Assembly: GCA_951406725.2 (NCBI GenBank)
Contig: OX597822.1
Location: 19,344,001-19,408,000 of the forward strand
DNA: 64,000 nt
Source of the DNA: Octopus vulgaris
Taxonomy: Eukaryota
Reading direction: 5' to 3'
Position 1 is the stretch's first letter. Every line of letters begins with the position of its first letter. The translations under genes were made by a program, and so were the position numbers. This document shows, piece after piece, positions 13,550 to 26,439 of the stretch. The notes beneath the pieces are model-generated. The model was given only the letters and a program-made list of their open reading frames with translations, was not told the origin of the DNA and ran no database searches.

Positions 13550-15452
13550 CGCACGTTGTTGTTGTGCAACAACTGTTTGTGGGCGGCATGACCATTAATG
13601 CTAGTCACATCTTCATCATAAACACTCTTTTATTTATCTTAACAACTCGTTTTTATCGCTGTGACATTTTAACTTCATAACAGTTTACCAAGTATGTTGT
13701 GAAATATAAATTTTTATTCATTGAAATCCAAAAGATTTTCAATGTTTAATGTCAGGTTTTATAATTTTATATAGTTTTTTTTAAAAAATGTAGTTTGTTT
13801 AGAATATTTTTCGTATTGGATGTTCACAACTACGAGATACTTATGTTCACACGGGTATTCCTCTAATTTATATCACTAACTCATTACTTGGTCATACTCT
13901 TCTGTGGATTCCGAATTTTAAACACCAATTTCTTGACTGATAGTTTGGACAGTTCACTAAACCAAACACACATTAATAAAGTACCTTATAGTGACCTTCA
14001 TCTCTCATGTCATCGAGAGGGTCCTGCTAGAAAAAGTAGCCAAATCACATACCCTCTTGAAAAAAAAATGCAAAGTCACATTGGATAATAAAAAGACGAA
14101 TGGTTGCAAACTCCCTTCATCATTGTTTGCTTAAGCAAAGTTTACCTCAGACAATAATCGGAATTTAATGTGGAAGAAATTCATTTCGTTATTTTTCTCT
14201 ACATCTGTGACTCTCTATACAGATAGTTCATCATTCTGTTGGGTAACTTGTCCAGAGAGTGCAACTCTTACATACCAGATGTCCTGATTGAGTGATGCTG
14301 CATGAACATCTGGCTTGGTTTTTAGTCTCATCGGTCTTCTTTTACTTGGTGAATTATCACATCTGTGCATCCTGGGACTACAGATGGTTGTAGTAGTTTT
14401 GCTAACAGAATTGTTTGATCCCGACCATTGACAATTTGTTGTCTCTTTTACTTATTTCAGTCATTTGACTGTGGCCATGCAGGAGCAGCGCCTTTAGTCG
14501 AGCAAATCGACCCCAAGACTTATTCTTTGTAAGCCTAGTACTTATTCTATCGGTCACTTTTGCCGAACTGCTAAGCTACAGGGACGTAAACACACCAACA
14601 TCAATTGTCCAGCGACGTTGACAGACACACACACACACACACATATATATATACACACATACATATATACGACGGGCTTATTTCAGTTTCCGTCTACCAA
14701 ATCCACTCACAAAGCTTTGGTCGGCCCAGGACTATAGTAAAAGACACTTGCCCAAGGTGCCACGCAGTGGGACTGAACCCGGACCTGTGTGGTTCGTAAG
14801 CAAGCTACTTACCATACAGCCACTCCTCCCTTAGCAGCTTGTGATATTTGTCATAGATTCAATAAGTTCATTTGCTGAAATAGTTCATATCCATCATGCT
14901 GCATCCCATGGTTTCAATATAACCCTGGCTTGGATAGTTGCATGCTCTTTAACCCAAGGCTGGGTCCCTGACAGGTGCTGTTACTCCAGGTCAGAGTATA
15001 CCTGGGAACAATAGTGACTAAGCGGTTGTTCCACACTCCTCAAAATCCTGGAATTCCCAAACCTGGGTTTGACCACAGATTCTTAGATGCTTTTAATTTG
15101 TCCCTTGTACTGAAAATGGTTCCCCACCCCTGCTTTGTATATTTACTGGATTTTGGTGTCAAATGAAATTAATTAACATGGACTAATAACTCTTAATGGG
15201 CTACATGGTTCAGTACTAATGAACTTTTTGTTTTTCTTTTTTTCTGTGATAAAATTGTGAAAAGTTTGCTTAGGCTTAGATATTTGATTAAGACATTTGT
15301 ACCTTGAGCAAGTGTTTTCTGGTATTTCCTTTGGTGAACCAAAGCCCTGTGAGTGGATTTGCAGATGGAAACTGACAAAAGCTATTGTATGTGTGTCAGT
15401 ATATATCCCATCCATGCCAGCATGGAAGGCGGAGGTTAAACAATGATATATA

Positions 15453-16676
15453 CAGGGTGCGGTGAATAAATTGTCATCTAAATTATGCAAAAATGAAAAC
15501 ACTGACATCTCATTTTAACATATTTACCAAAATTACATAAAAATATCTTGAAATACTAAAGAGTAAATTTATTCAATAAAATCACCATTGGTTTCAACCA
15601 TGGCCTCCAGACGACTTCAGAATCTCTTTCAACTCTTCTGGGCAGTCTCCTTGTTTAAGTTGGTGAATGCTGCCATAATTCTTGCCTTCAGTTCATCTTT
15701 GGTGTTACAAAGAATTTTGTTGGTCTCTCGCCCAACTGCACCCCACACAATAATCAAGGGAGTTGCAGTCTGGGGAGTTAGAGGTGATGTGGTCACAGAA
15801 ATTGTCTGACAGCCATAACTGTGGCTTATGTAGCATGATGCAGAGTCCTGTTGCCAGACATAAGGTCTTCCAGTAGCCACCCTCTTGACCCAGGACAACA
15901 CTACCTCCTCCAGACACTTGATGTAGGCTTCTGTGTTGAATGTGAGGCCATGTGGAAGATGAATGAATGCATAATGTCACCATCATGAGTGATCGCTTCA
16001 AACACAATGATGTTGACTGGACGTTTGATTTTTATCACTTTTGGTACATGTTTTGGGGACATGGCAAGCCAATGGTTGTTCTGTGTTCTCCATCTGATCC
16101 TGGCAGAAATTTTTCTCATCGAAGAAAAACCTAAGAATGTTCACTTGGAAGGGATGCTTGAGTTATTTCCAAAGCTTCGTAGTGCACTCTTTCCTCTTGT
16201 CCTTGATGGCTTGGGATAAAAATTGGCCCTTTCTCATCTTGTATGAGGAATACCAAATGTCTTTATGCCCGACCTGCCTTATAAGAAACTCAGACACTCC
16301 CATGCCCCTAGTGATGGATCTGATTGACTTGGAGGGATCATTGTCAATCATGACCTGGATCTCACCAACAAATTAAGGAGTACTTTTCTTATCAGACTGA
16401 CTGATCAAAGTGAGTTTTCCAAGCTACTGTACCTTCGTAATCACTATTAGACTCATTCAAATCCTCTGCATTGTTCTCAGATTGACACTCAAACACTCTG
16501 AAATGTTCATATTGGAGCTTCTGGTGTGAATGCGAAGTAGTACAGCATATCATTGCATCATGGTGCTGTTTTTCTCACAGACAGTGCCCAGCTGACCCTA
16601 CTATACTGTGTAGTTGACAAAATCAAAACAATGTGCATGTGCGAAATTAAAAATATAATTTACTCATCACACCATG
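15453..16676 (-). mobile_element. Full-length inactive Tc1/mariner-superfamily transposon, probably maT (DD37D) type
   Basis: TA flanks, ends CAGGGTG / CACCATG; fragments GRPYVWQQDSA, SNSPDCNSLDYCV, WGAVGRETNK...ELKARI. The SPDxNPLDY form is maT-like; exact D-D spacing is obscured by deletions. Confidence 0.8.
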
Positions 16677-16744
16677 TATATATAATCTGTTCTGTGATGG
16701 TAAGATCAACAAAAAAATAATACTCCATCTGGTGGGAGATAAAT

Positions 16745-17097
16745 ATTATTTAATAGACACAATACATGTTTTTATGTGCTACTAATAGTTTCATATGTTG
16801 AGAAATACCTCAAACATATAATCATCAGGCACAAACCATATATAATGAAAGGCAGTCAATTGGTGGCAGCTGAAACCAAATGAGAAAGGGAGATAATCAC
16901 ATGACTCAAAAGTTTGATATACCATAAAGAAAAACACAGTCTGATTGAAGACAAGAGGCCTGCTGTAGTCACATGTAGATTACTGAAACCTAGTTTATTA
17001 TGATATGTGATTTGTGCCTGATGAATATGTTTGACATATTTCTCAATTTATGTAACTATTAGTAGCACATAAAAACATGTATTGTGTCTATTAGATA

Positions 17098-17100
<3 letters not shown>
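16745..17100. repeat. Inverted repeat with about 90 bp arms (16745-16835 and 17011-17100); third direct copy at 17754-17845
   Basis: taatagacacaatacatgtttttatgtgctactaatagtt is the reverse complement of aactattagtagcacataaaaacatgtattgtgtctatta. Confidence 0.9.
16775..16833 (-). ncRNA. Minimal type I hammerhead ribozyme motif, left arm of an inverted repeat
   Basis: Minus strand reads TGTGC-CTGATGA-tt-ATATGTTTGAG gtattt CTCAACATAT-GAAAC-tatta-GTA-GCACA: 5-bp stem I, long stem II, intact core, 2 extra nt before stem II. Confidence 0.65.
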
Positions 17101-17149
<49 letters not shown>

Positions 17150-17158
<9 letters not shown>

Positions 17159-17754
17159 TGGAGTTTAATGCAGGTGTAATTCAAATACTGTTACTTCCGA
17201 CACATGTTTTGAAGATATCACTAATATTATTTGAAAGGAATAAAATGGTGTAAAACAATGTAATCTTCTCTTCAGGGAAGTGAAGAAATGAAACTCGTCA
17301 ATAAGATATTTTAACAGAAAATGATGGATATGTATAGTGATTTACTGACTGCTATTAATATTGTTTGAAAAAACGTTTTATGATATAACGTCAGAAGTAG
17401 CCTATAGAAAGAGGAGGGATAAATTAAGGAAAAGTTAAATAAATAAGAAATATATGACTATATGTATATTAAATAAAACCTGATAAACTAGGAAAATATA
17501 TATTTTTTTAGTGAATGTTAAATATAAAAAGAAAATTTATGTTTAAATTATAATGATAGAGATTACTTATATGAACTAAAGGTGTGTTTTTGCCAATGTT
17601 TACATCGGTATGCAATCTCTATAATCGTGTTTACTAGGATTTTTAGAAAAAATAATGAAAAATAGTTCAGAATTACAGAGAAGACAGAATTCCTTGCCTT
17701 TGTCATAAGGTATCGAGATTGAGAGAATCAACCATTCTAAATTAAATTGTTCAT
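17150..17754 (-). mobile_element. Penelope-like retroelement 3' remnant (end of the GIY-YIG region plus 3' terminal repeat)
   Basis: Minus peptide FNLEWLILSISIPYDKGKEFCLLCNSELFFIIFS fits the W.Il....pY.....C.LC..E...I motif ending many Penelope-like ORFs. A hammerhead motif follows on the same strand. Confidence 0.65.
17193..17281 (-). ncRNA. Hammerhead ribozyme motif with one core substitution, downstream of a Penelope-like ORF remnant
   Basis: Minus strand reads ACTTCC-CTGAAGA-GAAGAT...ATCTTC-aAAAC-atgt-GTC-GGAAGT. Perfect 6-bp stems I and II; GAAA to AAAA at a former CpG. Confidence 0.7.
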
Positions 17755-20541
17755 TGTGCCTGATGAATATATTTGACATATTTCTCAATTTACATAACTA
17801 TTAGTAGCACATAAAAACATGTATTGTGTCTATTAGACAATATGTATGTGTGTTTGTGTGTATGTATATACAGAAAACAGTTGAAGGAATACCAGAATTA
17901 AAAAATAAATACTGGGGTCAATTTGTTCAGCTAAACCCTTCAAGGCAGTGCCCCAGCATGACCACATTCCAGTGACTGAAACATGTTACAGATAAAAAAA
18001 AAACATATGAGATCTTCAGGGTTTGTGTGTCTAGGAGTTTGATGTGACTTGGAGGAGTTAGTGCCACACATTCAGATCAGGTTTTTGAATAACTTGGTAA
18101 CTCTTACTAGTTTCAGACATCCTTCCAATTAAGTCATTAAAATAAACTTGTTTAATTGGTCCTGGCTGTTGATACAAACACTTGGAAATAATTATGTTCT
18201 CAGAATTACATTGCCCAAGTTTTCATTCTTCATCAGAATTACATTCTGTAAATCTCTTGTTATAAAGACAGGTTTCCATGTTGCTTATCTCAACTTCCTC
18301 CTCTGTTCTCAGAGGGACACTAGATATAATCCTTCCTCAGCAAAATCTCAAGCAGTCTTAAAAAAAAAACTTTTGAAATTCAAATATTCATTTCACAGAT
18401 TTATCATTATATCTTTTGTGATCATGACTTAATGAGTTTTGTGAGAGATATAGAGAATTGAGGATTTTGATTTTTTTTTTATATGTTACACTTCTGGGTG
18501 ACTTTGATTCCTCTTTTACTCAAATGGACCACAATAGCCATTTGAAGTTTCAAATATCCTATTATATTTTTAGAATTAAATATTAGGAATTGCATGAAAA
18601 ACAGTTGGTGTATTTGTCATCATCATTTAACGTCCATTTTTCCATGCTGGCATGGGTTGGATGGTTTGATAGGAGCTGAACAGCTGAAGGACTGTTCGGG
18701 CTCCCAGTCTGTTTTGGCATGGTTTCTACTGCTGGATGCCCTTCCTAATGCCAACCAGTTTACAGAGTGTACTGGGTGCTTTTATGTAGCACTGGCACAA
18801 GTGCTTTTTATGTGGCACCAGCACCTACTCTGGAAGTATAACCAATTTATTGCATATAAATTGTAACATCAAAATCTTATGTGTACCTCCAAGGGCCATA
18901 TGGACCCCGGTTGAGAACCACAGATTTAGATGGAGATCATTTGTTGTAGTACTATTTGAAAATAGAGCTCAGTTTTCATTGCATGCTTTTCAGTGACTCT
19001 CATATTTTGGTTCTTTGGAGAAGAAGGGGATCGTTTAGAATTCTATAAAAAAAAATCCGTATCTCAATAGATAAAAGAAAGTATTTTTATGGTTATACTG
19101 ACTTAAAAGCCACTTGATAGGGCAGCTTTTAAGCTAGCTCTTGTGGAGGGCTCTTCATTAGGCCTTGGGCCCAACAATGACACTTCATGCATTGAGTACA
19201 TATTAAATTTTATTAAACTTCAACTATATTTTTCAAGCAATGAACAATTTTCATCAAAGCAATGATATACTTTGTCAACATGGAACTTATTGCAAATTGC
19301 ATGATAACAGTATTACCACCACCAGTGCCACCACATCTGCCATATACACACCATTCAGATACCACCACCAATACCTTTGACTTCGCTGCCTTCCCCTCCA
19401 TCACCACTGTCTTTCATATCCCTTACACTCACTGCCTCTATCACAATTACAGCTCATACTTTTACTATCACTCCATTACCATCACAAAAAGGCTAAATGT
19501 TCAGTATGTTACTTGAACATATTAGTTCAGTGGTCAGTCCCTCTTTTGCCCACATACCCACTCTTTCCCTCTCTTATTATTACTCCCACTGCCACCATCA
19601 ACACTACCACTTTTAATAAAAACATTATCAACTCTCCCTAAATTTCTTTGTCTCTCTTTCTCTTCCTCTCTTTTTATCTCTCTCTGTCTTCACCACCACC
19701 CTCACCGTCTCTATGCTTACTATTACTCTCACCTCAATATGAGCAATAGTAGGAGTGTCAATGAATAGTGTGAGAGGGGGTCGAAGTGTGACACACTGAC
19801 ACACAGATATTAGTTTTCGCATTTATTATATTAGATGGTATTATATGACAACAGTCATCATCAGTCTCTTAATGTCCAGTTTTCCATGCTTGTGTGGGTT
19901 GGCTGGAATTTGAGGCAGAAATTCTTTGGCTGGGTGCTTTTCCTGTCACCAACCCTTGCTGGTTTCAAAGCAAGGTAATATTTCCCCGTGGCCACACACA
20001 TTCTTGCAGAATGTTGAAAATTACTGACACGGTTTTTATTATAGTAACATCCATTTGCAATTATCATACAATGTCAAGACAAGAAGACACAAGCATGCAT
20101 ACTTACACACACACATATATGATGAGCTTCTTTCAGTTTCAGTATATCAAATCTATTCACGTGGCTTTGGTTGGCCCATGGTTGTTGTAGCAGTCACTTT
20201 CCAAAGTGTGCTTAACCACACCACCATATCTGTACCATTATTATTATTAAGGTGGTGAATTAGAAGAATTGTTAGCACACTGGGTAAAATGAATAGCGGC
20301 ATTTTGTCTGTCTTTATGTTCTGAGTTCAAATTTTGCTAAGGTTGACTTTGCCCTTCATCCTTTCAGGGTTGATAAATTAAGTACCCCCCCTCTAGTTTT
20401 CAGTCTTTGTGCCTTTAGTAGAAAGGATTATTATTGTGTTAATGACTCAACAATACTATGTGTATATTATAAACATCTTTTGTGTATATTACTATAATAT
20501 TTCTATCTTTTTTAGGTTCAGAAACTAACAGAGTTTCTAAC

Positions 20542-20596
20542 ATGACACCTGCTTTAACAAGAATATGCCATGCCTTTAGAAACCTTATGGTTTCAG
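20542..20596 (+). CDS. AURKAIP1: AURKAIP1/mS38-like gene, first coding exon (MTPALTRICHAFRNLMVS, presequence-like)
   Basis: Acceptor tttttag ends at 20515, ATG at 20542, donor G|gtagg at 20597. The phase-1 join G+GC puts it in frame with the 20800-21378 ORF. The peptide has Arg/Ser/Thr and no acidic residues. Confidence 0.8.
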
Positions 20597-20758
20597 GTAG
20601 GTTTTATGATTTTAATTGGCATCTTGCAATTCAGATTCTTTTCTAACTAGTAAAATTTTGATTGAAATGCATACAGTAGATAATTCTCCAACATGTTATT
20701 AGAACTAGGTTGTTTTTGTCTTAATTTATCATACATATTTATTTTTTTATTTTAATAG

Positions 20759-21378
20759 GCATTAGTAAAAGTGAATGGAAGAAGTGTTTACCTGGTCATA
20801 TGAAATTGTATGATGTATCACACACCAGTCATACATATAGCAGCATGCCAAAGCATTCAACAGACAACCTATTAAATGGCTATGCAGTGTTGTCTACTTT
20901 ACCTCACTCAGGAATTTCTTTAAATTTCACGAGACACAACCTTCGCCCTGCCTTGCCTACAGGTTCAGTGATTGACCCTCTTATTTCACCACTTCCTTTT
21001 TATGAATGTCCTGTGAAATCCAATAAAGACGTGTTCCAACTTCCATTTCATTCCCCGACTATTATCAGCAAGGAAGACCCTTTATCTTTTCTTAATGAGT
21101 GGATTATTGAGTCCCCTTTGGCAATACAAGCCAAAAATATATTGAAAATTAGACGTAGAAAAATGAACAGACATCGACTGAAAAAGCTGCGTAAAAGAAT
21201 GCGATTTGTACGGCGCAAGGAGTTGCATAAACGTCGAAAGAAAAAAGAAAAGCTTTTTCAAGCGAAACTTCAAGCTAAAATACAAACTGGAATAGACTTT
21301 GATGCTGAAGAATTTGTACAAGATAAATTGGCCCTTGCTCGGAAGGGGGGTTATAAAATTGATATATTTGGTCGGTGA
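20759..21378 (+). CDS. AURKAIP1: AURKAIP1/mS38-like mitochondrial small-subunit ribosomal protein (COX24/DUF1713-type basic domain), main coding exon; spliced product 224 aa
   Basis: T-rich acceptor aatag ends at 20758. Motif IQAKNILKIRRRKMNRHRLKKLRKRMRF matches the conserved AURKAIP1/mS38 motif (NVLKIRRRKMNHHKYRKL type). Stop TGA at 21376-21378. Confidence 0.9.
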
Positions 21379-21412
21379 AACTTATTTCTGAAATTAGTTT
21401 GCTCGTATGTTT

Positions 21413-21418
21413 AATAAA
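21413..21418 (+). terminator. Polyadenylation signal AATAAA of the AURKAIP1-like gene
   Basis: AATAAA 35 nt after the stop, followed by T/GT-rich sequence at about 21445-21470. Confidence 0.65.
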
Positions 21419-22908
21419 GCGTGTCATGAAAACTTATTCAAAAGTTTTACTTTTTGATTGTCTTTTCAGAGGGATAAACATCTTTATTTTATATCTTGTG
21501 TCTTAATTAATTTAAATATTGGTTTTTGATTTAGGGATAAGGTCAGCAATTTTTAAAGGAGTGGGGTTAGTTGATTACATCAACCCCTGTACTTTGGCAG
21601 GATCAGAATTCAATAAAATATGATAAATACTGCAAGTCATTTTGTCTAAACATACTAACAGTTTTGCTAATCCAATGAAATCATGTCTTGCACCACTATG
21701 TATTTTGCCAGTGTCTGTTAGAGGGGACAGATGGCAATATAACCTGCTGTCCAATAAGGTAGGATCTTTGCTCTGTGAATAACCTTAAGGGAAGCTATCC
21801 AAGTGCACACTTCTGTAGCTTGCTTTTCTCTAGTATATGATTGGTATTCCTGCAAGGACAGAATTTCAAGAAGTTCACGTGTAGTATTTGACATCCAGCC
21901 GGCCTACATACAAGGATTGAAGTAGTGGTTAGTGACAACTCGTGAATTATTTCGTTCCTTACAACAAAACCTATTCTCTTTTTTACTTGTTTCAGTCATT
22001 TTGACTGTGGCCATGCTGGAGCACCACCTTTAGTCAAGCAAATTGACCCCAGGACTTATTCTTTGTAGGCCTAGTACTTATTCTATCGGGCTCTTTTGCC
22101 AAACTGCTAAGTTACAGGGACGTAAACACACCAGCATCAGTTGTCATACATATATACGACGGGCTTTCAGTTTCTGTCTATCAAATCCATCCACAAGGCT
22201 TTGGTCGGCCCAAGGCTATAGTAGAAGACACTTGCCCAAGGTGCTACGCAGTGGGACTGAACCCAGAACCATGTGGTTCGTAAGCAAGCCACTTACCACA
22301 CAGCCACTCCTATGCCTATACACAGCCACTGACAAAAATGCAAAATAATGTGAAATTCACTGAACAAATCTCCATCTTTTTTTTATGGGACATTCATAAA
22401 CATCAACCTGAATCTCCTCAAAACCATAACTCCCAAATGGTTCAAACACAGCTCTACTGCTGCGGTATAAAGAAAACTGTTCACAAAACCTGGAAACAAA
22501 GTTACCCATCCTCACCAACTAGGTGGCTTTTACCCACCGCTTCATTTCCTGCAATACTACCATCTGAAATGTCTAAGTGTCTTTATGTATTTTCACAGCC
22601 TGCAAACTCTCCTGCCCCACCCTGAATTGCAGTCTTACAAGTTTGATCCCTTACTGAAAAGTTCTCTACTGACTTCGTAGAAATCTCACATCCACTACTT
22701 TTTAACCACGATGGCTCTAAGCTGTATTTCCAGGTAGAAAGTTTCTTCATTTTCATTCAGTTCTATGTTGCCCTCACTTGGCAAAAATTCCACCAATCTT
22801 AACTTCTCTCTTACACACACACAGTGCAAAGCAACCTCCAGTTGCTTCTAATCAACAAGACCATTGGTCCTGACAATATCCTTCCTTCAATGCACTAAGC
22901 AAGTCCCT

Positions 22909-23143
22909 ATCTTATTTCTTTATTGCCCACAAGGGGCTAAACATAGAGGGGACAAACAAGGACAGACAAAGGGATTAAGTCAATTACATCGACCCCCAGT
23001 GTGTAACTGGTTCTTAATTTATTGACCCTGAAAGGATGAAAGGCAAAGTCGACCTCGGCGGAATTTGAACTCAGAACATAAGACAGACGAAACACCGCTA
23101 AGCATTTCGCCTGGCGTGCTAACGTTTTTGCCAGCTTGTCGCC
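22909..23143 (-). mobile_element. tRNA-derived SINE family B with a Meta-like central domain. Others at about 11935-12140, 13172-13360, 20250-20432, 21515-21675, 32030-32510, 55660-55785, 57940-58158
   Basis: ggcgacaagctggcaaaaacgttagcacg ... gagttcaaattcc ... gactttgcctttcatcctttcagggtcaataaattaagaaccag. Confidence 0.85.
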
Positions 23144-24169
23144 TTTTTTTTTTTTTTTTTTTTTTGCCAAACTTCAACCTTACTCTACAGAAATCTATCC
23201 TGTTCACATAATGTTACTCCATTTATTAACTAATGGAGTAAACTTAAACTTTGAACTTACTCCATTAACACATGAAAGAAATAAATTAAAATTGCTGCAT
23301 CAGCCCTTATGTTGCCATATTTCTGCTGAAATACACCAACTTTATTTCAATTAATTTTGAAAATAACGAATTTAGTAAAATAATTTTCATAATATTAAGC
23401 TGATGTTTGAAACCAATTAACATGAAATTTTGGTGGAAAGCACTGTAAAACAAGAGGTTTGCATCATAGAAGCGAGGTGCGGTCTTAGGTGGTTTGGTAT
23501 CAAACTAAGAAAGTAAAATTTAAAATTACTCCATTAACACACTAATGGAATAAAATTAAAAATTACTCCATGTGGTAAGAAGCTTGCTTCCCAAACACAT
23601 GGTTCCAGGTTCAGTCCCACTGCATGGCACCTTGGGCAAGTGTCTTCTACTGTAACCTCAGGCTGACTGAAACCTTGTGAGTGGATTTATTAGGCAGAAA
23701 CTGAAGAAACCTGTTGTATATATTTGTGTGTGTGCCTTTGTGTCTGTGTTGGTGTGTTTACATCCCCATAACTTAGTGTTTCAGCAAAAGAGACTGATAG
23801 TATATGTACTAGGCTTAAAAAAAAAAACTCCTGGGGTGTTTTGTTCAACCAAAACCTTTCAAGGCAGTGCTCCAGCATGACCGCAGTTAAATACTTGAAC
23901 AAAAAAGAATACTAATAGAATAAAATTTTTAAATCACTTTGTTATCATGGTAATGGAGTTAACTTTAAAATCACTCCATTTTTAGACCAATGGAGTAAAC
24001 TTTAGATGACCAAACATCACTTAAAATTACATCCTTCAAAACGAACAACACAGCACAGTGTTGTCTTAGATATATTATGTCTGTAAAACAAAGGGATGAT
24101 CCTGGTTGGATTGCCATTCTATGATACGTCTGGTCAGTTAAAGCTGTCATAAGTCTAAGTAACAATTTA

Positions 24170-25120
24170 AACCCTTTTGATAAAGTTGACCATGGTATGA
24201 TATGTCACATGCTATGTAATCTCAGCAGAGTCAGAAAACTTGGAGAGTGGCTACATGACTCTAAAAGAGTCATGTAGTGGTGGTCAACTGGGCTACCTCC
24301 AAAGAAATGCAAATAATGACTGGTGTTCCATAGGGTGCTGTCTTGTGTAGCCCTCTCAGACATGCCCTCAGCTTCTTAGAGAGCCATACTTGTTAGCTGT
24401 GTAGATGATACACAAGTCTTTCAGAGGATATAGAACTATATATTGCACAAATGCAATAGGTATTGGATGCAATACACAGAGGAGCTGAGAATAGTAACAT
24501 GCTGGAAAATTCCAAGCCCTGTGTTACTAACACATGAAGCTGAATGAAAAGTAGACAGGATACACTGGCCTAGGAGGGACTGCAATCCTTGAATGAAAAT
24601 TGGTGTGTTGCCTGGAAATTGATATGAATAATGATGCATATTACTAAGTTGGCAATAATGCCGATGGTTGGACGCATACTTTCAGAATGAGAGAACAGGA
24701 AACCATGATAGTCCTCTGGGGGATATTTGTCCTCAGCTGTTTAGACTATTGCTCCCAACTGTGGTCACTACACAGTGTAAAATTAACAATGGAGCTCGAA
24801 GCAATCCAGTGAAGTTCATCTCAGTATGACATGTCAGCTACTGGGAGAGACTGAAAAAATTAAAACTACTCCCTAGAACAAAGATGGGAAAGATATACAG
24901 TGAAAGACATTTGGAGAATCCTAGAACTTGTACTAAACTTTGGCATTGAAAGTTACACGAATATCAGAATGGGGCACCACAGCATAGTGCCAAAAATCTC
25001 AACATTGCCATCATGATACAGGACCAGATACTGCAACAGCTTGGATTTGAAGCTCTTCAAAATCCTACCAAAAATGCTTGAGAGATCTACATGGAATGGA
25101 CAGGTGTTTTCAAAACATCT
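24170..25120 (+). mobile_element. Degenerate copy of the same CR1-group LINE family
   Basis: Collinear matches to 34855-35830 (gagagtggctacatgac, gatgatacacaagt, gactattgctcccaactgtggtcac, gagctcgaagcaatcca). Confidence 0.85.
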
Positions 25121-26439
25121 AACTTAGGATCCATAATTGTATCCTCGAATAGATGCAAACTTCATTGCCATTGATGTCTCTTCTCTTCACTGTTGTCACC
25201 CCAATGTACCTCTGTTGTCCATCTCTGTCACTGTACATCTTCCTCCCCACCACACTTATGCTCTGCACATCATGACCCTACTTTCTGATGCATCTACAAG
25301 TTTATGACAGTTTCTCTCCTCCCGTCCTGTGCTATAACTTCTCAGCTCCCATTTCCTGCATCACTTCTATCTCTTTCACCTTTCCCTTCTCTATATATTG
25401 ATGTTTATCATCAGCCATACTGCCACCCCTTGTTCATCACTCACAATATTTAACCTTACCCCCATCTCTGTCACTTTCCCTCATACTCTAATGGAATTAC
25501 CCACCCTCTTTCCCCCTCCAATCCCTTGTCCTTATTCTCTCTTATATCTTGAGAGTATGCTTTGTCAACTCATCACCACCATCTTTATCCTTTTTCTAGC
25601 TACTCACGTCAACCCTCAGATAATGCAGGGTAGCCATATATCTCCTCTATGGCAAGACATCTGTGATACTTTAGCCTCTCAACATCTAGTATAAAATCAC
25701 CTCTTTCTTTCTCAAATACATTTTGAGTCAGTTAAGGAGGCTGTTTCTATTCTTGTCTTGCAAGGTGACCTCATTAGTGCTGGTGTCACAAAAAAAAACC
25801 AACAACAACAAACAAAAAAAATCACCCATAACACACTGTAAAGTAGTATTAGGAAGAGCATCCAGCTATAGAAACCATGCCAAAGCTGATGGAGCTTGAT
25901 GCAGTCTTGCAGATCAAGGAAGACGTGTTCTTGTCTGTCTCCTGTCCAAGCTTGATTTACACGTTCGCCACCACAACCTCATTTAGGCTTTGCAGTCCTT
26001 CCTATTTGTTTTCACTGTCCTGTTTGTGTTACCAATTTTGACCCTCTGCAAAATCCCAAATTGCTTGATACAGTCTTCCTGTCAAACTATCCAACTAATG
26101 CTAGGATAGAAAACAGATATTAAATGATGATGATAGAGGTGAAGGGTTAATAACTGACAGAGTAAAACTGTTGTGTGTGCACGTGAGGTAGCAAATAGAG
26201 CATTCATGATATGGTCTTGTAAAAAGAAGATAAAAATAATTTGTAAAATGAACATTGTGATATTTTATTGACCATTAATTAATGGACTAATTTCATTGAA
26301 GGGGTGTATGCTGCCATAATTTATAATTTCATTATGGAGGTATGTACGGACATCGTGTGTATATGCTAAATTCAGGTTTAAAAATCTGATGCAGGATTCA
26401 TAGGTTTAAAAAAATATTTAAATATTAAAAAAATTAATA

